From positions 320,001 through 384,000 of the forward strand of contig CAWCAG010000001.1 in NCBI GenBank assembly GCA_963793425.1: 64,000 nt of DNA. Reading direction: 5' to 3'. The position numbers and the translations under genes were made by a program. The notes beneath the pieces are model-generated. The model was not told the DNA's origin and made no database searches. It saw only the letters and a list, made by a program, of their open reading frames with translations. The first letter of the stretch is position 1. The number at the start of each line of letters is the position of its first letter. This DNA is from an uncultured cyanobacterium (GTDB lineage: Bacteria; Cyanobacteriota; Cyanobacteriia; Cyanobacteriales; CAWCAG01). Shown one piece after another: positions 1 through 9,552 of the stretch.

Positions 1-1
1 C

Positions 2-1447
2 GAGAGTAATCAAATTGATGTTCTTGACCTAACAAACCCCTCTTCACCAGCCTTGAAATTTAGCATTTCCTTAGCAGGTGGAGTGAATAGCGTTGCCTAT
101 AGCAACAACATTATTGCTGCTGCTGTAGAAGCTGATCCAGCACAAGATCCTGGCTTGATCCAGTTTTTCAGCACCGATGGCACTTTCCTTAACCAAGTTA
201 CCGTTGGGGCTTTACCAGATATGGTTACTTTCACCCCCGATGGCACAAAGCTTTTAGTCGCTAATGAAGGAGAACCCAGTAGTGACTATAATGATGATCC
301 TGAAGGTTCTGTCAGCATTATTAGCATCCCTGATTTCAGCGTAACTACCGCTGGTTTTAGTAAGTTTAATGGAACTGTTCTTGATGAAAGTATTCGTATC
401 TTTGGCCCTGGTGCAAGTGTAGCCCAAGATTTAGAACCTGAGTATATTACTGTATCTAAAGACTCTAGTACCGCTTGGGTATCTCTCCAAGAAAACAATG
501 CCTTCGGCATCCTCGATATTGCTAGTGGGGAATTTACTCAATTAGTTGGCTTAGGTTTTAAAGATCATAGCCTGCCTGGAAATGGTTTAGATCCTAGCGA
601 TCGCGATGACGGCATTAACATTAACACCTTTGATCACCTTTTTGGTCTCTATCAACCCGATGCGATCACATCCTATCTTGTTGGGGATAAAACCTATATT
701 GTTTCTGCTAATGAAGGAGATGCTAGGGACTATGATGGTCTTCAAGAAGAGGAAAGAGTCAAAGATTTAGTCCTTGATCCTGATGCTTTCGGTGATGCTG
801 ACGAGTTGCAAGAAGATGAAGAATTGGGCCGTCTCACTGTGACTACAACCCTTGGGGACACAGACAACGACGGTGACTTTGATAAATTATATGCTTTCGG
901 TGGTCGCTCCTTTTCCATCTGGGATGAAGACGGCAACCTAGTTTTTGATAGTGGGGATGATTTTGAACAAATTGTTGCTGAGATATTGCCCGATTATTTC
1001 AACGCCAACAACGACGAAAACGATTTCGACAGCCGCAGTGATGCTAAAGGCCCTGAACCGGAAGGTGTTACTATTGGTGAGATCATGGGTCGCACCTATG
1101 CCTTTATCGGTTTAGAACGTGTCGGTGGTGTCATGACCTATGATGTTAGCGATCCTTTCAATCCTATTTTTGAGGGTTATTTCAACAACCGTAATTTTGC
1201 TGGCGATCCTGAAGAGGGAACAGCAGGAGATTTAGGCCCTGAAGGGTTACTTTTCATTGGTGCGGAGGATAGTCCCAATAGTAATCCTTTGTTAGTAGTT
1301 ACGAATGAAGTTAGCGGTAGTACTACTATTTATGCTATTGATCCAGAGACTGAAAAGGTTCCTGAACCTACTTCTAGTTTAGGCTTGTTGGCTATGGGCA
1401 TATTGAGTTGGTTAGGTTTTAAGCGTAAGGTTTTTGCTAATCGCTAA
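2..1447 (+). CDS. Secreted beta-propeller (choice-of-anchor I / alkaline-phosphatase-associated type) with PEP-CTERM anchor; 5' end outside window
   Basis: Frame is open from base 2 (ESNQIDVLDL...). Motifs VGALPDM, ANEGEP, EPEYI, ANEGD, KGPEPEG, DLGPEGL; C-terminal VPEP + hydrophobic helix + KRK. Confidence 0.85.
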   Translation, partial: ESNQIDVLDLTNPSSPALKFSISLAGGVNSVAYSNNIIAAAVEADPAQDPGLIQFFSTDGTFLNQVTVGALPDMVTFTPDGTKLLVANEGEPSSDYNDDPEGSVSIISIPDFSVTTAGFSKFNGTVLDESIRIFGPGASVAQDLEPEYITVSKDSSTAWVSLQENNAFGILDIASGEFTQLVGLGFKDHSLPGNGLDPSDRDDGININTFDHLFGLYQPDAITSYLVGDKTYIVSANEGDARDYDGLQEEERVKDLVLDPDAFGDADELQEDEELGRLTVTTTLGDTDNDGDFDKLYAFGGRSFSIWDEDGNLVFDSGDDFEQIVAEILPDYFNANNDENDFDSRSDAKGPEPEGVTIGEIMGRTYAFIGLERVGGVMTYDVSDPFNPIFEGYFNNRNFAGDPEEGTAGDLGPEGLLFIGAEDSPNSNPLLVVTNEVSGSTTIYAIDPETEKVPEPTSSLGLLAMGILSWLGFKRKVFANR

Positions 1448-1500
1448 TATTAATGATAAATGCGCGGCTTGCCTTTGCTATTAAGCATTAAGGTTTAATG

Positions 1501-2364
1501 TTAAGTGAGAAATGATATAAGGCTCAATTGTACAGTATCCTCAGAAGAGTTTTGTAGAACTTCGTAATTAGCAAGAAATAGTTCTTTTCCTTTAGCCGCG
1601 CTTCCTTGTTTATAGTTATTCATGCCATACTGTAATTCCCATTCGTATAGATTAGCACTCTTGAAGTAATCTCTAATTTCTGGACAATCATCATAAGTTA
1701 TTAACCAAGAAGCAGAACATTCTTTCATAAGTTGGCTAAATCTTTCGTGGTGGAAAGAAGTATGTAAATTACCTTTCTTTCCGTATAACTTTGATTTTGT
1801 AACGGAAAAATAAGGAGGATCTAAAAAGAGAAATACATCTTTATCTTTTGATTGCAATAAATGAGCATAATCTAGGTTAGTGATTTTAATTCCTGGTAAA
1901 ATAGATGCTAATTTTTCTAAGCGTTCTATAGAAGAATGGGTAAATCTTTTCAGAAAGGCTTGTTGAGAAAAGCCGCCTGATTCTACTGTTCCTGAGAAGG
2001 TGATTCTATTCAAAACAAAGAAGCGGATTGCTCTTCCAAATTCTGACAAGTTGTCTACATCAACACTAATTAATTCTGCAAAAAGCTTTTTGCCATTTTG
2101 ATGTTTGTTTTTAATATAGAAAGCTTCTTTGACAAGTTTATCTAAATCAGACTGGGCAATTTTCCAGAAGAAATATAGCTCAGGGTTTAAGTCATTAATC
2201 CAGATTTTTAAATGAGGATACTTTTGTTTTAAATAAATGAATAAAGAACCTCCACCGACAAAAGGTTCTCTATATTCAGAAAAGTTATCTGGTAAATGCT
2301 CAACTATTTTCTTAATTGCTCTGGATTTACCACCGGGATAACGAAGAGGACTTTTAATCATCAA
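1501..2364 (-). CDS. Dam-family (D12 class) N6-adenine DNA methyltransferase
   Basis: SPLRYPGGKS, EPFVGGGS (motif I), INDLN, FLDPPY (motif IV). Confidence 0.92.
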   Translation of the reverse strand: MMIKSPLRYPGGKSRAIKKIVEHLPDNFSEYREPFVGGGSLFIYLKQKYPHLKIWINDLNPELYFFWKIAQSDLDKLVKEAFYIKNKHQNGKKLFAELISVDVDNLSEFGRAIRFFVLNRITFSGTVESGGFSQQAFLKRFTHSSIERLEKLASILPGIKITNLDYAHLLQSKDKDVFLFLDPPYFSVTKSKLYGKKGNLHTSFHHERFSQLMKECSASWLITYDDCPEIRDYFKSANLYEWELQYGMNNYKQGSAAKGKELFLANYEVLQNSSEDTVQLSLISFLT

Positions 2365-2398
2365 AATAAAATGTCATTTTAGAGATAGGACTATCATA

Positions 2399-3538
2399 TC
2401 AGGATTGTGTTCTAAAATTGTTCGATATTTCTACTTCAAGGTTTTTGTTCTTTCTGCTTTCTAAAGATAACTTTCTGATTATCTCAATTTGATTTCCTTT
2501 AAATTTATTAGCAGATAAGAATGATTCTACTCTTTCGTGGTCGTTAGGTAATATAATAGAACCCACAACATTTTTTCCTGTTAATTTTAATTTGCAAACA
2601 AAACCAACAGTTTGTTTGCCTAATGCTAAAGAGTCTAAATTAGAAAACAAAATCAATTTAAATAGACCATCTTGAATATCAGATAGCTTAGGCAAAGAGT
2701 CTTGCGAGGCATTTTTAGATTCCTGAACAATATATATGCCGTTTTTGTAAAAAATTTCATCAGGAGTCAAATAATAAACACCTCCTAAATAATTTTCAAT
2801 GCTCAAAGTTGCTTTAATGCCATCGACCAAATACTCTAAGCTATGTGAAGTAAGGGCTTCTCTTTGACTAGCATATTGAGAACCTTTAAGAGATATATTT
2901 TTAAATTCTTCAAATTCTTCAGTAATTCTCTTTAAATATGTGTCCATTCCTTGTCGTGAATGAATTAAAACTCCCGTTTGCTTAGAAATAGAGTCATAGC
3001 AATCAAGCGCTTTTTTGAAGATTTGCGTAAACCTTTCTTCAAATAAACTATTGTTCCAATGAAGCGCACTTTGACGATAAGCTAATATTTATTCTATTTG
3101 AGCCTTAACGAATTGATTATTTAGTTTTTGATTATTTAATTTTTCTTTATTTTCTTGCCCTTTCTTTTTGCTTTTCTCTGCACTCTCATAATACGCTAAA
3201 ACGATATAGATATTGAGCAAATTCATCCAAGAGATTGTAGAATATTGAATCCGATCTCTATCACCGTCTTTCCCTTCATCTTTAATAACTGGAATAATTG
3301 TTATCACTTTAGATGAATTATAAGTATTATAAATTCGGGCAAAGGGATAACTTCTGGTTCTTTTTGGCGATACCCACTTTGAATAAGCTACTTCTGTTGT
3401 TGTTGACTTTATCAATCCAGATGGTTTCGCTCGATTAACATCGAAAACATCTAAATCAATCTCTTCTAAATTATTAGCTAAGAAAGTCTGATAAGTAACA
3501 CCTCTAATAAATCCTCTAAAATGTAAAACCTCTGTCAT
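2399..3538 (-). pseudogene. Putative type II restriction endonuclease interrupted by one in-frame TAA (3089-3091)
   Basis: ORFs 3089-3538 and 2399-2947 are in the same frame; the 47 codons between them are open (IE*ILAYRQSALHWNN...). PD-(x)n-ESK motif (TPDEIFYKNGIYIVQESKN); directly upstream of the methyltransferase. Confidence 0.7.
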
Positions 3539-3550
3539 GGCAAATAACCA

Positions 3551-4192
3551 TTACTTCGCTTCAATTAAATAACCACAAAGATGTTCACCTTCATTAATCC
3601 AGTGAGTCCTTTCTACGACGCAATCAGGTAAAATGGCGCTAAACATTTCCAATTCGTGACCACAAACTGTAGGATAAGATTCTGCTACATCTGCGATCGC
3701 ACAGTTATGTTCTACTAAGACAAACTTTTCTGCTTCAGGAAGGTTGTGTAACTCCGCCATATAACCTTCTTCTTTACGAAGTTGCACTAAGTTATTAAGA
3801 CGCTGGGGCAGTGAACCTTTGCCTAAATACTTGCGATAATTACTCGCTTTTACTTCCCACTGTTTGCGTAAAACTTCACTAACTTGTTCTTCTCCTACTG
3901 TTTCTACTAAAGTATCAAGAAAGGAAACTGCAAATTCACCATGACGGTTGGGAAAGCGATTTCGCCCTTGGCGACTCAGTTTGTATAAATGTTGCGGCCT
4001 ACCCATGCCAGTTTGGGTTGTATGATGTTCTAATAGTTCCGACGACTCTAATTCTTTGAGGTGACGGCGAGTAGCTTGGGGACTAATTTCTAAAGCTTGT
4101 GCCAACTGCTGGGCGCTTGCTTGACCTTGCTTCAGTAAATGGTTCAGAATATCTTGTTTGGTGGAAGAAGTTTCAGTAGTAGTGGTCATCAT
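3551..4192 (-). CDS. sufR: Iron-sulfur cluster biosynthesis transcriptional regulator SufR
   Basis: N-terminal HTH (STKQDIL...QATRRHL, GRPQHLY); C-terminal Cys motif EHNCAI...CGHELEMF...HLCGY; divergent from sufB. Start placed at ATG 4192. Confidence 0.95.
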   Translation of the reverse strand: MMTTTTETSSTKQDILNHLLKQGQASAQQLAQALEISPQATRRHLKELESSELLEHHTTQTGMGRPQHLYKLSRQGRNRFPNRHGEFAVSFLDTLVETVGEEQVSEVLRKQWEVKASNYRKYLGKGSLPQRLNNLVQLRKEEGYMAELHNLPEAEKFVLVEHNCAIADVAESYPTVCGHELEMFSAILPDCVVERTHWINEGEHLCGYLIEAK

Positions 4193-4246
4193 CTGTGCAG
4201 TTGTGTCTGTGTTACGAGGGCAAGAAAAATTTTTCTTTTGCTTTGA

Positions 4247-4304
4247 CAACACATTTGTTGTTAATGTAACCTAAAATAGACTTAAACAACAAATTTATTG
4301 TTTA
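4247..4304. promoter_or_regulatory. Paired SufR operators (CAAC-N6-GTTG and TAAACAAC-N6-ATTGTTTA)
   Basis: CAAC acattt GTTG at 4247-4260 and CAAC aaattt ATTG at 4287-4300, 26 bp apart, in the sufR-sufB intergenic region; matches the described cyanobacterial SufR site. Confidence 0.85.
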
Positions 4305-4419
4305 ACTACTAAAAGCTTCTAGAGTTGTAGGCGATCGCTATAGCGAAAACCCTTACCCCTAAGATGCTGAATTCAAAGCCGAGAACACAGAACAGTTATA
4401 GAGAACACTTAAAATCAAC

Positions 4420-5859
4420 ATGAGTGCCACAGTTAAAACCCTAGTCAATCAACCTTACAAATACGGTTTTGTCACCGATATCGAGGCAGATACTATTCCT
4501 CGCGGTTTAAGCGAAGACGTGATTCGCCTCATTTCTGCGAAGAAAGAGGAACCGGAATTCATGCTGGAATTTCGCCTCAAAGCATATCGTCAATGGCAGA
4601 AGATGACAGAACCAACTTGGCCTCATGTTAAATATCCTGCCATAGATTATCAAAATATTATCTATTATTCTGCTCCGAAGCAAAAAAAGGAGAAGTTGAA
4701 TAGTCTTGATGATGTTGATCCCACTTTGTTGGAAACCTTTGAGAAATTAGGTATTCCTCTCTCGGAACAGAAACGTTTAGGTAATGTGGCAGTAGATGCT
4801 ATTTTTGATAGCGTTTCTGTAGCCACCACTTTTAAGGAAAAATTGGCGGAAGATGGGGTAATCTTCTGTTCTATTTCCGAAGCTTTGCAGGAACATCCAG
4901 AATTAGTTAAGAAGTATTTGGGTAGTGTTGTACCTGTGGGCGATAATTACTTTGCGGCACTTAACTCTGCTGTATTTACCGATGGTTCCTTTGTCTTCAT
5001 CCCGAAAGGGGTAAAATGCCCTATGGAACTCTCGACCTATTTCCGCATCAATGCCGGGGATACAGGACAGTTTGAACGCACTTTAATTGTGGCAGAGGAA
5101 GGTGCTTCTGTTAGTTATTTGGAAGGTTGCACCGCCCCCATGTATGATAGCAATCAACTCCATGCGGCGGTGGTTGAATTGGTAGCTTTGGATAATGCTG
5201 ATATCAAATATTCCACAGTCCAAAACTGGTTTGCTGGGGATGAAAATGGTAAAGGCGGTATTTATAACTTTGTTACTAAGCGTGGCTTATGTAAGGGGGT
5301 TAATTCTAAGATTTCATGGACTCAGGTAGAAACGGGTTCGGCGATTACTTGGAAGTATCCTAGTTGTGTTTTAATCGGGGATAATTCCGTCGGGGAATTT
5401 TACTCTATTGCTTTGACAAACAACTTGCAACAAGCTGATACCGGAACCAAAATGGTACATATTGGTAAGAATACCCGCAGCACAATTATTTCTAAAGGTA
5501 TTTCTGCTGGTAAGTCCAAAAACAGCTATCGCGGCTTGGTAAAAATGGGGCCGAAAGCGAAAGGGGCAAGGAATTATTCTCAATGTGACTCGATGTTAAT
5601 TGGGGACAATGCCGAAGCGAATACCTTCCCTTATATCCAAGTAGATAACCAAGAAGCCAAAATTGAACACGAAGCTTCTACAGCAAAAATTGGCGAAGAA
5701 CAACTCTTTTATTTATCACAAAGAGGCATTTCCGAAGAAGATGCTGTCACTATGATTGTGGGTGGTTTCTGTCGAGATGTCCTCAATAAGTTGCCCATGG
5801 AATTTGCTTCTGAGGCTGATAAGTTATTGAGCTTAAAGTTAGAAGGAACTGTAGGTTAA
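4420..5859 (+). CDS. sufB: Fe-S cluster assembly protein SufB
   Basis: [44 protein letters not shown]. Confidence 0.98.
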   Translation: MSATVKTLVNQPYKYGFVTDIEADTIPRGLSEDVIRLISAKKEEPEFMLEFRLKAYRQWQKMTEPTWPHVKYPAIDYQNIIYYSAPKQKKEKLNSLDDVDPTLLETFEKLGIPLSEQKRLGNVAVDAIFDSVSVATTFKEKLAEDGVIFCSISEALQEHPELVKKYLGSVVPVGDNYFAALNSAVFTDGSFVFIPKGVKCPMELSTYFRINAGDTGQFERTLIVAEEGASVSYLEGCTAPMYDSNQLHAAVVELVALDNADIKYSTVQNWFAGDENGKGGIYNFVTKRGLCKGVNSKISWTQVETGSAITWKYPSCVLIGDNSVGEFYSIALTNNLQQADTGTKMVHIGKNTRSTIISKGISAGKSKNSYRGLVKMGPKAKGARNYSQCDSMLIGDNAEANTFPYIQVDNQEAKIEHEASTAKIGEEQLFYLSQRGISEEDAVTMIVGGFCRDVLNKLPMEFASEADKLLSLKLEGTVG

Positions 5860-6044
5860 AAAATATCAGTAGGGGCGGGTTTCAAAGTTAAGTTGTGACA
5901 TCAACATTAAACTAAATAAACCCGCACTAACTATGGCTTAGGCTAGATTATTGTTAGGTTACGGCCACCCGTAAGTTATCGTTTTTCTTTAAATACTTTT
6001 GCTGCCTAACCCAACCTACAAAAGTGATAAATGATAAATGTTTA

Positions 6045-6821
6045 ATGATCAATGAAATGACTATTTTATCTATTAAAAACCTTACTGCTAACGTTGATGG
6101 AACACCTATCCTTAAAGGTGTAAACCTAGAAGTTAACGCCGGAGAAGTTCACGCCATTATGGGGCGAAATGGTTCTGGTAAGAGTACTTTTTCTAAAGTA
6201 TTAGCAGGACATCCAGACTATGAAGTAACTGGAGGAGAAGTTATTTACCAAGGCGAAAACATCCTGGAAATGGAAGCAGATCAAAGGGCTTTACGGGGTA
6301 TCTTTCTCGCTTTCCAATATCCTGTCGAAATTCCTGGAGTTAGTAATTTAGAATTTTTGCGAGTTGCTTATAATTCTCGTTGTCAGCATTTAGGTTTAGA
6401 AGAATTAGATACCTTTGATTTTGAAGACTTGGTAGAAGAAAAGCTAGATATTGTCAAGATGAATCCTAGCTTTTTGGAAAGAAGTTTAAATGAAGGTTTT
6501 TCTGGTGGGGAAAAGAAACGCAATGAAATTTTGCAAATGGCATTATTAGAACCCACATTAGCCATTTTAGATGAGACTGATTCTGGTTTAGATATTGATG
6601 CTTTAAAAACAGTGGCGAATGGCGTTAATCAATTAACTAATTCTGAAAACGCAGTTATTGCTATTACCCATTACCAACGCTTACTTAATTATATTGAACC
6701 TGATTTTGTTCATGTTATGCAAGAAGGACGTATTGTTACTAGTGGTGGCAAAGAGTTAGCCTTAAAATTAGAATCTCGTGGTTATGACTGGGTGGATGGG
6801 GAAGTAATAAGTAATAAGTAA
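6045..6821 (+). CDS. sufC: Fe-S cluster assembly ATPase SufC
   Basis: [43 protein letters not shown]. Start could be 6045 or 6057. Confidence 0.97.
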   Translation: MINEMTILSIKNLTANVDGTPILKGVNLEVNAGEVHAIMGRNGSGKSTFSKVLAGHPDYEVTGGEVIYQGENILEMEADQRALRGIFLAFQYPVEIPGVSNLEFLRVAYNSRCQHLGLEELDTFDFEDLVEEKLDIVKMNPSFLERSLNEGFSGGEKKRNEILQMALLEPTLAILDETDSGLDIDALKTVANGVNQLTNSENAVIAITHYQRLLNYIEPDFVHVMQEGRIVTSGGKELALKLESRGYDWVDGEVISNK

Positions 6822-6833
6822 TAAGTAATAAGT
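6802..6833 (+). repeat. Heptamer tandem repeat (AAGTAAT)4+AAGT
   Basis: Read directly; exact reverse complement of 8191-8222. Confidence 0.9.
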
Positions 6834-6854
6834 GATGGGTAATGGGTAAATGTT

Positions 6855-8180
6855 ATGACTAGTCAAGTTTCTTCTGCTGCAACTGTTACTAGGGATGAGT
6901 ATCTGCAAAGTTTATTGAGTTTATGCTCTGGGTATTTTCTTGATGCAGATTTGATTAAGGTGGTGCAGAAACCTGCTGCTACTTGGTTATCGCGGTTGAG
7001 AATGCCTAACCGCAAAGATGAAGCCTGGCGGTTTACTGATTTGTCTGAGTTGCTGGCGACTAGTTTCGTGGCCGCAGACAAGGTTACTCCTGAGAGTGTT
7101 GAAGAGTTTGTGATTCCGGAAGCAGCAAGTAGCCGGGTAACTTTTGTTAATGGTGTTTATGCCCCTGATTTATCTAACCTCAAAGGCTTACCAGAGGGTT
7201 TATTTGTTGGTAACTTGGCACAATTACCAGCAGAGTATCAAACTCAGTTAAGTCAATACCTAACCCAGCAAAAAGGGGCAGAAGAAGTTTTCACCTCCCT
7301 TAATAGTGCTGGTTTTGCTGATGTGGCTGTGGTTTGGGCTGATGCTAATACTGTTGTGGAAACACCACTGCATTTGCTTTTCCTTAGTATTGCTGGTGCA
7401 TCTCCTAGCTTCTCTCAGCCCAGGATATTGGTGGTTGCCGAAAGAAATTCTAGCTTACAAATAATCGAACAATATGCCACAAACCAAGATACTGCATATT
7501 TTACCAACTCCGTAGCAGAAATTTATCTGGCTGAGAATGCCGCAGTGCAGCATATCCGTTGCCAACAAGAAGCAACTAGTAGCTTTCATATTGGTAAAAC
7601 TGGGATCGCTCAAGCTAGGGATAGCCGCTACACCTGCCATAGTATTAGTTTGGGTGGCAAACTTTCTCGCCACAACCTGGAAGTTCACCAAACAGGAGAA
7701 CAGATCACCACCAACCTCAACGGCTTGACGGTGGTTAATGGTAAACAGCTTGCAGACTTACATAGCCTCATCGCCCTCACTAAACCTCATGCTACCACAG
7801 ATCAACTCCAAAAATGCTTAGTAGCTGGTAATGCCCGCTCTGTATTTGATGGGCAAGTTTTAGTTCCTAAAGAGGCACAATTAACCAACGCCAGCCAGCT
7901 TAACCGCAACCTCTTACTATCCCCCCAGGCACACGTAGACACCAAACCCCAACTACAAATCACCGCCGACAATGTAAAATGTTCCCACGGCGCAACCGTA
8001 AGCCAGCTAGAAGCCGAGGAACTATTTTACCTAAGCAGTCGCGGCTTAAACGAAGAAGCTGCCCGCAGTCTCCTTATTGAAGCCTTCACCGCTGAAATAA
8101 TCCAACGCATACCCATCAAATCTATACAAAAACAGCTTACTGCAAATATCAAAAAAGCCATAAAAGGCAATAAGCAATAG
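6855..8180 (+). CDS. sufD: Fe-S cluster assembly protein SufD
   Basis: EAWRFTDLS, NRNLLLS, DTKPQLQITADNVKCSHGATV; operon position. Confidence 0.96.
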   Translation: MTSQVSSAATVTRDEYLQSLLSLCSGYFLDADLIKVVQKPAATWLSRLRMPNRKDEAWRFTDLSELLATSFVAADKVTPESVEEFVIPEAASSRVTFVNGVYAPDLSNLKGLPEGLFVGNLAQLPAEYQTQLSQYLTQQKGAEEVFTSLNSAGFADVAVVWADANTVVETPLHLLFLSIAGASPSFSQPRILVVAERNSSLQIIEQYATNQDTAYFTNSVAEIYLAENAAVQHIRCQQEATSSFHIGKTGIAQARDSRYTCHSISLGGKLSRHNLEVHQTGEQITTNLNGLTVVNGKQLADLHSLIALTKPHATTDQLQKCLVAGNARSVFDGQVLVPKEAQLTNASQLNRNLLLSPQAHVDTKPQLQITADNVKCSHGATVSQLEAEELFYLSSRGLNEEAARSLLIEAFTAEIIQRIPIKSIQKQLTANIKKAIKGNKQ

Positions 8181-8190
8181 TAAATTCTTT

Positions 8191-8222
8191 ACTTATTACT
8201 TATTACTTATTACTTATTACTT
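8191..8222 (+). repeat. Heptamer tandem repeat (ACTTATT)4+ACTT
   Basis: Read directly; inverted copy of 6802-6833. Confidence 0.9.
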
Positions 8223-8228
8223 AAGAAA

Positions 8229-9488
8229 ATGCCCCTAACCCAAGAAAAAACCCTCGCTGCCAAAGTTCGCCAAGACTTCCCCATCTTACACCAGGAAGTA
8301 CACAGCAAGCCGTTAATTTATTTTGACAATGCTGCTACCTCCCAGAAACCTAAAGCGGTTCTAGAAGCACTCAACCACTACTATAAATATGATAATGCCA
8401 ACGTGCATCGTGGCGCTCATAGTTTAAGTGCCAGGGCAACAGAAGCCTATGAAGCGACGAGAGATAAGCTTGCTGAGTTTATTAATGCAGCTTCCCGTAA
8501 CGAAATTGTTTTTACTCGCAATGCCACAGAAGCAATTAACCTAGTTGCCTACAGTTGGGGGTTAAATAATTTAAAACCAGGGGATGAAATTATCACCTCA
8601 GTCATGGAACACCATAGTAACTTAGTTCCTTGGCAAATTATCGCCCAAAAAACCGGGGCAGTGATTAAACACGTTGGTTTAACCGCAACGGAAGAATTTG
8701 ACTGGCAAGCATATCAAAACCTCTTATCTGAACGTACCAAATTAGTTGCTGTCGTTCACGTTTCCAATACATTGGGTTGTATAAATCCTGTAGCAAAAAT
8801 TACTCAGTTAGCCCATCAAAAGGGTGCAAAAGTATTAATTGATGCTTGCCAAAGTATTCCCCACTTACCCATTAACGTTCAAGAATTAAACTGTGATTGG
8901 TTAGTAGCATCAGGACATAAAATGTGCGCCCCTACGGGTATTGGCTTCCTCTACGGCAAACTGGATTTACTACAAGCAATGCCACCCTTTTTTGGCGGCG
9001 GAGAGATGATTTCTGAAGTTTATCTAGATCATTTCACCACAGCAGAATTACCTCACAAATTTGAAGCAGGAACCCCAGCCATAGCAGAGGCGATCGCCCT
9101 TGGTGCTGCCGTAGATTATTTAACTAACCTTGGTATGGAAAACATCAATGGTTATGAAGAAGAATTAACCGCTTATTTATTCTCCAAGTTAGAGCAAATT
9201 TCCAGCTTAAGAATTTATGGACCAAAACCAACTAAAAACGGTCAAGGTAGGGCTGCTTTAGCTGCTTTCAATGTGGAAGGACTTCATGCCAACGATCTTG
9301 CTACTTTGATAGATCATGAAGGTGTTGCTATACGTTCAGGACATCATTGCACTCAACCTTTACACCGTATCTTAGATGTTTCTGGAAGCGCCAGAGCTAG
9401 TTTGTATTTTTATAATACCTTTGCAGAAATAGATAGCTTTGTAGTTGCTTTGCAAGAAACCATTGATTTTTTCAACCAAGCAATGTGA
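8229..9488 (+). CDS. sufS: Cysteine desulfurase SufS
   Basis: [22 protein letters not shown] (PLP lysine), FEAGTP, RSGHHC. Confidence 0.97.
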   Translation: MPLTQEKTLAAKVRQDFPILHQEVHSKPLIYFDNAATSQKPKAVLEALNHYYKYDNANVHRGAHSLSARATEAYEATRDKLAEFINAASRNEIVFTRNATEAINLVAYSWGLNNLKPGDEIITSVMEHHSNLVPWQIIAQKTGAVIKHVGLTATEEFDWQAYQNLLSERTKLVAVVHVSNTLGCINPVAKITQLAHQKGAKVLIDACQSIPHLPINVQELNCDWLVASGHKMCAPTGIGFLYGKLDLLQAMPPFFGGGEMISEVYLDHFTTAELPHKFEAGTPAIAEAIALGAAVDYLTNLGMENINGYEEELTAYLFSKLEQISSLRIYGPKPTKNGQGRAALAAFNVEGLHANDLATLIDHEGVAIRSGHHCTQPLHRILDVSGSARASLYFYNTFAEIDSFVVALQETIDFFNQAM

Positions 9489-9552
9489 TAGCAAATCTGG
9501 TTACTAAAGTACCTTAATAAAATCAACCAATTATCAATTGCTAATTGATAAA

